From Eledone cirrhosa (lineage: Eukaryota), in NCBI GenBank assembly GCA_964016885.1, contig OZ024743.1:50344001-50408000 (forward strand): 64,000 nucleotides of DNA, in the 5' to 3' direction. Below are positions 47,607-61,100 of the stretch, in pieces. The stretch's first letter is position 1; the number at the start of each line of letters is the position of its first letter. The notes beneath the pieces are model-generated. The model saw only the letters and a list, made by a program, of their open reading frames with translations, had not been told where the DNA came from and made no database searches. The position numbers and the translations under genes were made by a program.

Positions 47607-48312
47607 TTTAGTACAGCATTGACGAAGCTTTAGAATACGGCCAAGATAGCGTGTATGCATAATCGGTCTGTAGCTTGAGCACTCAGATGAGGAAAGACCC
47701 CAGAGTAATAACATTACGTTCAGACAGCTTAGCAAATCAGATATAACGGTCGGCAGTCCAGCCGCATCACTAGAGCAACGAAAATACAGGACCCAGGAAA
47801 AGATTTTATACTGACCCGGACATAGCGGTGAGGCTGAGTGCAAAATATATAACTTACATCGTATATCAACAATATACATCACATATAGCATCCAACATCA
47901 GCGCTAAGTTCTGCAAATCCAAGATCGACAAATTCCTATTGCAGGAGTCTGCAATATAATGGTTTTTGACGACAGAACATAGGATTTACTTCTTCAGCAA
48001 GTCTTTCGTTCTTAGCCTGAGCGGGTATGTTGTAGCTTTAAAAGTCGCCACAGACACGTGGTTTACTCCAAGGGAGGTAACCCCCGCTTAGGCGGTGAAT
48101 TCTAATTTGAGATAAAGGAATGAATCCTTTTAGACAAACCGGATAAAGCACTCAACCAGAATTTATCAAACAAACTTAAACAATTAATCAATCAATAGAA
48201 TCATCTAATTAAATTAATCAGTTAATCGTTAATTCTAGGAGTAAATATAAATTTTAGTACAGCATTGACGAAGCTCTAGTATACGGCCAAGCTAGCGTGT
48301 ATGCATATTCGG

Positions 48313-48318
<6 letters not shown>
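47602..48318 (-). mobile_element. Non-coding element (family G) with 71-bp direct terminal repeats in (TA)n
   Basis: Repeats at 47602-47672 and 48248-48318. Internal hammerhead-like fold at 47900-48001 (-). Confidence 0.62.
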
Positions 48319-48405
<87 letters not shown>

Positions 48406-48406
48406 G

Positions 48407-48579
<173 letters not shown>

Positions 48580-48648
48580 GTATATATATATATATAAATA
48601 TACAATATATATACATAACAGAGAGGGTATGGTAAGATACCAAGTGGA

Positions 48649-48680
<32 letters not shown>

Positions 48681-48682
<2 letters not shown>

Positions 48683-49645
48683 GGGATACAAGATTATCGT
48701 TATAGGCAGTCCACTTAGATGTAGTCCAGTTAGAATATTCCGTGTAGTGGATAGTATTAACGTGTGGCTTAGTTTGACTCAACAAGACGTTTCCATAGTG
48801 ATGCTGCGAGTTCGCGGTGATTTCTATGTAGTTTATACTTGGAGTAATAATAATTCATGAAAGAAGAGTGACATGGTTCGCTATACAATAAGGGCTTTAT
48901 TCACATTGCTGACAATTATTTCTTTGATCTGGTAGGTCTAGAGTTCTCTACTCGCCTGATTTTGCGTCAATCGATCTCCAATACTTTGTTTATAACCAGT
49001 CGTTTTCATCAGAGCACACGAAATGAAGAAGATACACAAGGCATGGCTTTTATATAGGAGTGGTACTAAACCAGAACAATAATATCAATAATAACATAAA
49101 ATAACTAGATAGTAAATAGTTAAAATAATAACATCAATATAAGTAAGAAATAGAGTATAATGATGAATCTAGCATGTTAAACGAACTGATATAATACAGA
49201 TGTATAAAATTGACATGTGAAAACTGCTATAGGGTACATTAGATATAGTGTTAAGGTGGCGAAGAGTAACAACTAAAATGTACTTGGAGTCAGGATTTAT
49301 GAGGTATCTGCTATGCTGTAGGTATGCTGGCAATAAACCGGAGATTTACTTATTGTTTGACAGATAAACATTTTCGTTTTATTAATTTAGTGAGAATGAT
49401 AGTTTTTATGTGGTGTTAAGTGGAGTTGTAGATTCGTTATTTAAGTGGCCTATACTAAAGGTTGGGATTGTTAGTTCGAATCATGGGGGTTTAGTTTTCA
49501 CAGCATCAATAACAAATCGTGTATAAATAAGACAATCAGGTGGATAGCGAACTCTAGACCTACCAGATCAAAGAAACAATTGTCAGCAATGTGAATAAAG
49601 CCCTTATCGTATAGCGAACCATGTCACTCTTCTTTCTTGAATTAT
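48681..49645 (-). mobile_element. Family B copy 2 with an inverted terminal segment; hammerhead candidate at 48907-49016 (-)
   Basis: Matches 27467-28165. Segment 49534-49645 is the reverse complement of ~48850-48962. Confidence 0.78.
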
Positions 49646-49952
49646 ATATATATATATATATTATTTAAAGAAAACAAAAATAACAAAGCAAATGACACAG
49701 TACAATGAATATATTAGATTAACACTTGAAATAATAAATATAAACATAATCGTCCTCAACACCGCCAAAACAGAACTATAGGTGTGTCAACTATACACAA
49801 CTATTGCCTGTGTTGTACTATCAGGTAGTCTCCCAACTATGCACTGTTACCTGTTACTAGTTTTATTATAGACTTCAAAGAATCGCCAAGTCATTTCATT
49901 TAAAGATGGTTTTCTTTCATCATTCGGAGTTATTTTCTAAAGTTGGTTAATT

Positions 49953-50099
49953 GTGAAGGCGCATGGCTTAGTGGTTAGAGCATTGGGCTTGCAATCGAAA
50001 GGTTGTGAGTTCAATTCTCGGACCGAGGGTGATGTGTTGTTTCCTTGAGCAAGACACTTTATTTCACGTTGCTCCAGTTTACTCAGCTGTAGAAATGAG
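49953..50099 (+). mobile_element. Second tRNA-derived SINE family, 5' part
   Basis: A box TGGCTTAGTGG, B box GAGTTCAATTC, then CCTTGAGCAAGACACTTTATTTCACGTTGCTCCAG. Confidence 0.85.
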
Positions 50100-50196
50100 A
50101 TGATAGAACTGGGGTCCCTATCATTAAATTACCCAAGACACCTCCAATGAGATATACCTTGGAAGAGGCCAGCTAAACCTGCATAGGTGTGAGCTG

Positions 50197-50230
<34 letters not shown>

Positions 50231-50417
50231 GTGTGAGCTGTCACACACAATTAAGGGGAACAGAAATTATATTGATTTCTAACAGAAGGACAAAGCCACC
50301 GATTTCGTGATGAGAGAGTGATCGATTATATCGATCTAAATACTTAACATTTGTATTTATAATGTGGCTAAATACTGCAAGGTTTGACCAACTCATCTTT
50401 ACCGACTATACACTGTG

Positions 50418-50592
50418 GATGGCATGGCAGAGTCGTCAGGACGTTGCATAGAATGCCCGGCGTTATTCGTTCTGCCACTCTGCACTTTAACTTCAAATCC
50501 CGCCCAAGTCAACTTTGCCTTTCAGCACTTCCAGGTCGATAAAGAAAGTTCCAGTTCAATACTGGAGTCGATTATTCCTCTATACCCCCCCC
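50418..50592 (+). mobile_element. Old, diverged copy related to the first SINE family
   Basis: TTCAAATCCCGCCCAAGTCAACTTTGCCTTTCAG...GGTCGATAAA. Confidence 0.72.
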
Positions 50593-50883
50593 CCTCTCTC
50601 TCTCGTTCAGATTTAAAGTGCTCAAGACACGCCGCATGTCACTATGGTACCCCTACAAACATGGCTGGGTTTAAATAGGGACGGAAGAAGCAATTGCTTC
50701 TGGACACCCATTGAAAATAGGGCTCCCTATGAAAGTCACTGTGCAATAGGTTCCCAACAGGATACCCGTACACTACCGGTGGGGTCCCCAGATACCAGTG
50801 GATGGCTTTGTATCAGAGCGAATATATCTTTTGTAATAATTTTTCTTTATGTTGCAGACATACTAGAGCTGTCTTTAACAATA

Positions 50884-51340
50884 TACGAGGTGTGTCAGAA
50901 AAAAAACAAAACTAGGGTCACACAAAATATCTTTCAAGTTTCCCCTTCGAAATAATCCCCCTCGAGTCTAACGCACTTTCCCATCCTTCGCCTCCATGAA
51001 CTCCTGTAAGGATTCTCCAGAGATTCCCAGCCTTCTTGGTGGCTTCCACATCCGGAAAACGGATGCACTTGATGACCCTTTTGAGCTCGGGAAAAGTAAT
51101 GACTCCCCTGCCAGTCTGGTTCGGTTTCAAGAGACTCGAGGGTGTGCTGACACTCATGTCCCGCTCATTTTGGTCACAGTTCAGTACCTTCGGAACTATC
51201 TTCCCGCAGATCTTTCGCATGACCAAATCTTCGGTGATAATCTTCCAACTGCTGTCAATGTCCATGCTCAGCTCACTTGCGAACAGTCAGCCGACGATCG
51301 CTATGCACCACCTGCCTCACGCGCTCAACGTTAGTCACAG
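50884..51340 (-). mobile_element. Internally deleted mariner transposon relic
   Basis: TA-CGAGGTGTGTCAGAAA terminus. Peptides NVERVRQVVHSDRRLTVR, IITEDLVMRKICGKIVPKVL and FPELKRVIKCIRF. A similar terminus occurs at 52295. Confidence 0.82.
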
Positions 51341-52000
51341 TCCTGTCGGGTTCTTATCCTTAAGTCTAGGTTGCATTCCTGTGTAGTGACCCGACATATT
51401 GCTGGTAATGTCATAGAACTGCCCTTTGCATTCTTCAAAATAAATGATATCATCTTTTAAAAATGATAGCAGAGAAATAGCTACTTCAGACTTGTGAGAG
51501 CCAACCAGCAGGAAAGTCCAATACTTCTCTACCGGCTTCTTAGAAAAAAACATATCACAGTCAAATCTACTGAAACTGAGAAGTATCGATGTTGATGGCA
51601 TATAGTATTCTCTGACATATAGGATCCCCTTTCCATTTCAGCTGAGAATATTTTAAAAAATCATTAGCCTACCAAATACCCAAAATTTGCACATAAGACC
51701 CGTGTTATTATTTTAGCCATTTTTTTGTGGGGAAGTGGAGTCTTATATGCTATAAAATCTGGTTTAGGAAAGTTTTAATTTCTGTGGCATATGATTCTGA
51801 TCATATGCCGTCATCAGAACAATTTCTTTTTAACAGATTATTGGTGATAAATTTGTCTGCTTATCATTTCCAAGATTATCAAATCCTTTCTAGTGTTTCA
51901 CCAGAAATGAATCAAATTGTGCATAAAGTTCCATTATTTCTAAAAACAATTCCCAATGTGTTATGATATCTTCCCTGTCTATAAATGCCACACTCAATGA
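51335..52000 (-). pseudogene. hAT (Tip100/ZMYM1-like) transposase relic
   Basis: Peptides LFLEIMELYAQFDSFLVKH and CKGQFYDITSNMSGHYTGMQPRLKDKNP, with many disruptions. Confidence 0.75.
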
Positions 52001-53049
52001 GAATTTTTGTCAGAACCACAATATTCGGTCGTGTATTTCTTGCTTCCATATCAATATGAGAAGAGTCCCTGCATTGAAAATTGAACATGACCTTGAGTTT
52101 GTCATGAGTTTTCAGACTTATCTGTGGAACTGAATTTAATACAACGAGATTGTCAATTGACAACCTCTTTGTCCTGGAAGGGATCAAGCAGAAGAGTGAA
52201 ATAATACACACAAAAAAGCTGAGGTTTTCTTACATTCTCTTGTCTGCTGTTGCTTAAGTGGAAAGGTTTTGCTGATTTATTGTGACAACACTGGTATGAG
52301 GTGTGTCAGAAAAGTAATAGAACTTAGTGTCCTGTATGAGCTATGTGGGTGACGTCATCCTCTGACGTATTCGGAGAGTATATATAACTGCGATGAAAAA
52401 TATACAATAGCTCTCTGCAAAGTGGCTGTGACTACATTGAAAATATACTCCGTGATAATGAAAGTGACTTGAAACAAACACCTGAAGTAAGATATGAATT
52501 ACACACATTGGCAGACAAAGTGGAGTGTCTGGAAATGATGGCCAAGATCTGGAATTTAATGTGTACAATTCAATAACACAAAAAAAGAAAGGATGTGGAG
52601 TTGACCTGAATAGAGTGATTGATCTAATTGATTCTCTAGAAAAGTTTCTAAAATCCTTTCGGGATAGGTTTAAGTGTTAAAACTGAAAGAACCTCTGAGC
52701 TATCACCAACTAGAAAGCAACAGCAGATAAGCTAACATGACATTGTAAATCCAACATCAGTCTGAGAGGAAATTGTACGTTCCCCAGGAAACAAACTCAG
52801 ATACAGGATTTTTAATGTATTAATATCATTCTAGATCAGTTGTCTGTTCTTACAAAAATACAGGTTAGCCTATGAATTAGTACATTAGTTCAAAACCACA
52901 GTCAAATTATGTAGTTTATCTGATACAAAGATAAGGAGTGAAGCTGAGAAACTTATCACTGCTTTCTCCCGTCAGTTTAGTTATGTGGTGATGGAAGAAA
53001 TTGACCATTCTGCAATCTTTCCCAAGCTCAGGTCATGTCTCAGGTCATC

Positions 53050-53253
53050 TCAACAAACAATGTTACTCCGTGATGAATGGATTGCTGATACCTTTCTAAG
53101 TGTTGATGTAATTCTTATAATAAATTTGAGCTTCAGGGATAGTAAGTGTTCAGTAGAGAGATCATTCAGCACAGTAAAGATATAACTGAGAACTATGCTG
53201 ACCCACAAAATACTGAATGCTCTCTCACATGATGTAGAGAGCAGTGTTCTCAA
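53050..53253 (-). pseudogene. hAT C-terminal dimerisation-domain relic
   Basis: TSCERAFSIL...LSTEHLLSL resembles the SCERSFS motif. Confidence 0.5.
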
Positions 53254-53803
53254 GATGGTTGTTGTTTGATGACTTCATTTAAAATTTTTCAGATGTGGAA
53301 ACAAAACCTCTTTGCAGGTATTGTAGTGATACATATCACTCTAAGTAGGTATAACTTACTCTACTTATTTTAGGTAACCTTTTGAATTGAAAGGAGCGTT
53401 TAACCTTCTGTTGTTGCATTTCATACGTTTTTGTCTAAGCTTTTGGTATATTTGCTAAAATCTTTGTGGCAGCCATGACACTAACATGTCAACATTTAAC
53501 ACTTACCTATATTATGTATATTCCATTTAACCTAATGTATGAATCCTTTTTTCCATGTTATATTTATATATTTACATTTATGTATTACAGGTCAGTTTTT
53601 TGTATTTAACACTTGCATGTTTGACTAAATTGTCAATTTCATGCAATAAACAGGGGGTGATGTGTAATTTTGTGGGTTTGCTGTGTATTATATTTTTGTG
53701 TGAGGGAGGAGGCCCCAGGCCAGTAGAGACTCGGCACCCTATGGTCTAAATCATGCCCTGCCTACGACTCCATTAGGAGTCACATGTCCATACATTTACA
53801 CAT

Positions 53804-54126
53804 AAACTGGCACTCCGTCGGTTACGACGACGAGTGTTCCAGTTGATACGATCTACGGAACATCCTGCTCATGATATTAGCGTGTAAGTAGAAGGACATT
53901 CCACTGACACGTGTACCCTTAACGTAGTTCTCAGAGAGAATGTGACACAGAATGTGACACAGTTAGCCCTTCGAATTACGGGTACAACTAATTTTTGTCA
54001 GCTGAGTAGACTGGAATAACGTGAAATAAAGTGTCTTGCTCAAGGACACAACGCAGCACCTGGAATCGAACACATGACCTTACAATCGTGAGACGAATAC
54101 ATTACCACTAAGCCACGCTCCTTCAC
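53804..54126 (-). mobile_element. Full-length copy of the second SINE family
   Basis: The head is the reverse complement of the 49953 type (GTGAAGG..CGTGGCTTAGTGG; CCTTGAGCAAGACACTTTATTTCACG). Confidence 0.85.
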
Positions 54127-54214
54127 ACATACACACATACATACATACATACATACATACATACATACATACATACATACATACATACATACATACATAC
54201 ATACATACATACAT

Positions 54215-54515
54215 ACACTGCACTCACACCAGATGTATTACTTCATCTATACACTGCACTCACACCAGATGTATTACTTCATCTATACACTGCACTCACA
54301 CCAGATGTATTACTTCATCTATACACTGCACTCACACCAGATGTATTACTTCAAATATACACTGTACTCACACCAGATGTATTACTTCATCTATACACTG
54401 CACTCACACCAGATGTATTACTTCATCTATAAACTGCACTCACACCAGATGTATTACTTCATCTATACACTGCACTCACACCAGATGTATTACTTCATCT
54501 ATAAACTGTACTCAC
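54215..54515. repeat. 36-bp minisatellite, about 8 copies, directly after (CATA)n
   Basis: Unit ACACTGCACTCACACCAGATGTATTACTTCATCTAT. Confidence 0.93.
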
Positions 54516-54817
54516 AGAATCACTGTCTCGATATACCTTGATGCTTGAAGAAAGGGAAAACAATAACGCGCAAATAAAGCAGAACATGTTGAAAAGGTTA
54601 AACGGTACACTGACGGAAACAAAAGATGCCATTTATGGATTGCAGAGAAATAGCATATATTCAAAAAATCACAAATATGCTAAACAGGAAGGCTGAAACA
54701 ATTACACAATGACCACATACGATAAAATATAACCCCAATGCCGCTTTTCTTTTGAATCCATCTGATATGTGATTTGAACGATAAATGAAAATAGTGGGTT
54801 CAGACTTCAACATCTAT

Positions 54818-54936
<119 letters not shown>

Positions 54937-55123
54937 GGGGGTGGAATGACTGTCTTCAATATTAGACCAAAGGACTTCATTAGGTGGGCAAATGTCGGCA
55001 GATTTGTAATGCCACGAATGAAGAGAAAATTTAAAAGAATTTTAAATTAATGCATAAATATATAAATAAAAATAAATAAATAGCAAAGAAAGTAGAATGT
55101 TGAGTATTCCTGAGTCAATAACA

Positions 55124-58100
55124 ATTGAACCATTGAACCATTGAAATATTGAACCATTGAAACGTTGAACCATTGCACCATTGAACTATTGAACCATTGA
55201 ACTATTGAACCATTGAACCATTGAACTATTGAACCATTGAACTATTCAACCATTAAAATATTGAACTATTGAACCATTGAACTATTGAGCCATTGAACTA
55301 TTGAACCATTGAACTATTGAACCATTGAACCATTGAACCATTGAACCATTGAACTATTGAGCCATTGAAATATTGAACTATTGAACCATTGAACTATTGA
55401 GCCATTGAACCATTGAACCATTGAAATATTAAACCATTGAACCATTGAACCATTGAACCATTGAAATATTGAGCCATTGAAATATTGAACCATTGAACTA
55501 TTGAACCATTGAACCATTGAACCATTGAAATATTGAGCCATTGAACCATTGAACAATTGAAATATTGAACCATTGAACCATTGAACCATTGAACCATTGA
55601 ACTATTGAGCCATTGAAATATTGAACCATTGAACTATTGAACCATTGAACCATTGAACCATTGAAATATTGAGCCATTGAACCATTGAACCATTGAAATA
55701 TTGAGCCATTGAACTATTGAACCATTGAACCATTGAACCATTGAAATATTGAGCCATTGAACCATTGAACCATTGAAATATTGAACCATTGAACCGTTGA
55801 AGCATTGAAACAATGAAATATTCAACTATTGAACTATTGAAACATTGAACCAATTAACCATTGAACGAATTAACCATTGAACCATTGAACTATTGAACCT
55901 TTGAACCATTGAACCATTAACTATTGAACCATTGAACTATTGAACCGTTGAAACATTGAACCATTTAATCATTGAACTATTGAACTATTGAACATTGAAC
56001 TATTGAACTATTGAACCATTGAACTATTGAACTATTGAACTATTGAAACTTTAAACTATTGAACTATTTTACCGTTGAACCATTGAATCATTGAACTATT
56101 GAAAATGTAAACCAATGAACCATTGAAATATTGAACTATTGTACCGTTGAACCATTGAACCATTGAACCATTGAACCATTGAACTATTGAAATATTGAAC
56201 CATTGAACTATTGAACCATTGAACTATTGAACTATTGAACCATTGAATAATTGAACCATTGAATCATTGAAATATTGAACCATTGAACTATTGAGCCATT
56301 GAACTATTGAACCATTGAACCATTGAACCATTGAACCATTGAACCATTGAACTATTGAACTATTGAACCATTGAACTATTGAACCATTGAACTATTGAAC
56401 CATTGAACCATTGAACCATTGAAGTATTGAACCATTGAACTATTGAACCATTGAACTATTGAACCATTGAACCATTGAACCATTGAACCATTGAACTATT
56501 GAACCATTGAACTATTGAACCATTGAACTATAGAACTATTGAATCATTGAACCATTGAACTATTGAAGTATTGAACCATTGAACAATTGAACTATTGAAC
56601 CATTGAAGCATTGAACTATTGAAGTATTGAACCATTGAACTATTGAACCATTGAACCATTGAACCATTTAACTATTGAAACATTGAACTATTGAACCATT
56701 GAACTATTGAACCATTGAACCATTGAAACATTGAAGTATTGAACCATTGAACCATTGAACCACTGAACTATTGAAGTATTGAACCATTGAACTATTGAAG
56801 TATTGAACCATTGAACCATTGAACCATTGAACTATTGAACCATTGAACTATTGAACTATTGAAACATTGAACCACTGAACTATTGAAGTATTGAACCATT
56901 GAACTATTGAAGTATTGAACCATTGAACCATTGAACCACTGAAGTATTGAACCATTGAACTATTGAACTATTGAAAGATTGAACCATTGAACCATTGAAC
57001 TATTGAAGTATTGAACCATTGAACTATTGAACCATTGAACTATTGAACCATTGAACTATTGAACCATTGAACCATTGAACTATTGAACCATAGAACTATT
57101 GAACTATTGAAGTATTGAACCATTGAACTATTGAACAATTGAACTATTGAACCATTGAACTATTGAACTATTGAAACATTGAACTATTGAACCATTGAAC
57201 CATTGAACCATTGAACTATTGAACCAGTGAACTATTGAACCATTGAACCACTGAACGATTGAAGTATTGAACCATTGAACTATTGAACCATTGAACCATT
57301 GAACTATTGAACCATTGAACCATTGAACGATTGAAGTATTGAACCATTGAACCATTGAACTATTGAACCATTGAACTATTGAACCATTGAACCATTGAAG
57401 TATTGAACCATTGAACCATTGAACTATTGAACCATTGAACCATGGAACTATTTAACCATTGAACCATTGAAGGATTGAAGTATTGAACCATTGAACCATT
57501 GAACTATTGAACCATTGAACTATTGAACCTTTGAACCATTGAACTATTGAACCATTGAACCATTGAACGATTGAAGTATTGAACCATTGAACTATTGAAC
57601 CATTGAAGTATTGAACCATTGAACTATTGAACCATTGAACCATTGAACTATTGAACCATTGAACTATTGAACCTTTGAACCATTGAACTATTGAACCATT
57701 CAACTATTGAACGATTGAACCATTGAACGATTGAACCATTGAACTATTGAACCATTGAACCATTGAACGATTGAAGTATTGAACCATTGAACTATTGAAG
57801 TATTGAACCATTGAACCATTGAACCATTGAACCATTGAACTATTGAACCATTGAACTATTGAACCATTGAACCATTGAACTATTGAACCATTGAACCATT
57901 GAACTATTGAACCATTGAACCATTGAACCATTGAACTATTGAACGATTGAAGTATTGAACCATTGAACTATTGAAGTATTGAACCATTGAACTATTGAAC
58001 GATTGAAGTATTGAACCATTGAACTATTGAAGTATTGAACCATTGAACTATTGAACGATTGAAGTATTGAACCATTGAACTATTGAAGTATTGAACCATT

Positions 58101-61100
58101 GAACTATTGAACGATTGAAGTATTGAACCATCGAACTATTGAAGTACTGAACCATTGAACCATTGAACCATTGAACTATTGAACCATTGAAGTATTGAAC
58201 CATTGAACCATTGAACCACTGACCTATTGAAGTATTGAACCATTGAACTATTGAAGTATTGAACTATTGAACTATTGAACTATTGAACCATTGAACCATT
58301 GAACCATTGAACTATTGAACCATTGAACTATTGACCTATTGAACCATTGAACCACTGAACTATTGAAGTATTGAACCATTGAACTATTTAAGTATTGAAC
58401 CATTGAACCATTGAACCACTGAAGTTTTGAACCATTGAACTATTGAACTATTGAAAGATTGAACCATTAAACCATTGAACTATTGAACCATTGAACTATT
58501 GAACCTTTGAACCATTGAACCATTGAAGTATTGAACCATTGAACCATTGAACTATTGAACCATTGAACCATTGAACTATTGAACCATTGAACTATTGAAC
58601 TATTGAAGTATTGAACCATTGAACTATTGAACCATTGAACTATTGAACCATTGAACTATTGAACCATTGAACTATTGAACCATTGAACCATTGAACTATT
58701 GAACCATTGAACTATTGAACCATTGAACCATTGAACGATTGAAGTATTGAACTATTGAACTATTGAACCATTGAACCATTGAACTATTGAACCATTGAAC
58801 CATTAAACCATTGAACTATTGAACCATTGAATCATTAAACCATTGAACTATTGAACTATTGAACCACTGAACTATTGAAGTATTGAACCATTGAACTATT
58901 TAAGTATTGAACCATTGAACCATTGAACCACTGAAGTATTGAACCATTGAACTATTGAACTATTGAAAGATTGAACCATTGAACCATTGAACTATTGAAG
59001 TATTGAACCATTGAACCTTTGAACCATTGAACGATTGAAGTATTGAACCATTGAACCATTGAACTATTGAACCATTGAACCATTGAACTATTGAACCATT
59101 GAACTATTGAACTATTGAAGTATTGAACCATTGAAGTATTGAACCATTGAACTATTGAACCATTGAACTATTGAACCATTGAACTATTGAACCATTGAAC
59201 CATTGAACTATTGAACCATTGAACCATTGAACTATTGAACCATTGAACCATTGAACCATTGAACTATTGAACGATTGAAGTATTGAAACATTGAACTATT
59301 GAAGTATTGAACCATTGAAATATTGAACCATTGAACTATTGAACCATTGAAGTATTGAACCATTGAACCATTGAACTATTGAACAATTGAACTATTGAAC
59401 CATTGAACCATTGAACCATTGAAGTATTGAACCATTGAAGTATTGAACCATTGAACCATTGAACTATTGAACAATTGAACCATTGAACTATTGAACCATT
59501 GAACCATTGAACTATTGAACCATTGAACTATTGAACTATTGAACTATTGAACCATTGAACTATTGAACCATTGAACCATTGAACGATTGAAGTATTGAAC
59601 CATTGAACCATTGAACTATTGAACCATTGAACCATTGAACGATTGAAGTATTGAACCATTGAACCATTGAACTATTGAACCATTGAACTATTGAACCATT
59701 GAACCATTGAACTATTAAACCATTGAACCATTGAACTATTGAACCATTGAATTATTGACCTATTGAATTATTGAACCATTGAACTATTGAACTATTGAAA
59801 CATTGAACGATTGAAGTATTGAACCATTGAACTATTGAAGTATTGAACTATTGAACCATTGAAGTATTGAACCATTGAACTATTGAACCATTGAACCATT
59901 GAACTATTGAACCAATGAACCATTGAACTATTGAACCATTGAACCATTGAACCATTGAACTATTGAACTATTGAACCATTGAACTATTGAACTATTGAAC
60001 CATTGAACCATTGAACGATTAAAGTATTGAACCATTGAACTATTGAAGTATTGAACTATTGAACCATTGAACTATTGAACCTTTGAACCATTGAACTATT
60101 GAAACATTGAACTATTGAACCTTTGAACCATTGAACTATTAAACCATTGAACCATTGAACGATTGAAGTATTGAACCATTGAACTATTGAAGTATTGAAC
60201 CATTGAACCATTGAACCATTGAACCATTGAACTATTGAACTATTGAACCATTGAAATATTGAACCATTGAACTATTGAACCATTGAACCATTGAACTATT
60301 GAACCATTGAACCATTGAACTATTGAACCATTGAACCATTGAACCATTGAACAATTGAACTATTGAACCATTGAACCACTGAACTATTGAAGTATTGAAC
60401 CATTGAACTATTGAAGTATTGAACCATTGAACCATTGAACCACTGAAGTATTGAACCATTTAACTATTGAACTATTGAAAGATTGAACCATTGAACCATT
60501 GAACTATTGAAGTATTGAACCATTGAACTATTGAACCATTGAACTATTGAACTATTGAAATATTGAACCATTGAACCATTGAACTATTGAACCATTGAAC
60601 CATTGAACTATTGAACCATTGAACTATTGAACTATTGAAGTATTGAACCATTGAACTATTGAACCATTGAACTATTGAACCATTGAACTATTGAACCATT
60701 GAACTATTGAACCATTGAACCATTGAACTATTGAACCATTGAACTATTGAACCATTGAACCATTGAACCATTGAAGTATTGAACCATTGAACTATTGAAC
60801 CATTGAACCATTGAACTATTGAACCATTGAACAATTAAACCATTGAACTATTGAACCATTGAACCATTGAACTATTGAACCATTGAACTATTGAACCATT
60901 GAACCATTGAACCATTGAAGTATTGAACCATTGAACTATTGAACCATTGAACCATTGAACTATTGAACTATTGAAATATTGAACCATTGAACTATTGAAC
61001 TATTGAACCATTGAACTATTGAACTATTGAACCATTGAACCATTGAACTATTGAACCATTGAACCATTGAACTATTGAACCATTGAACTATTGAACCTTT

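Noticed and set aside
49953-50030. tRNA gene
   Set aside because: A and B boxes are present, but I cannot fold a cloverleaf and it continues into a SINE body.
51772-51820. Minus-strand CTGATGA plus a 10-bp hairpin plus GAAA
   Set aside because: No valid stem III or UH cleavage site, and it lies inside hAT transposase remains; likely chance.
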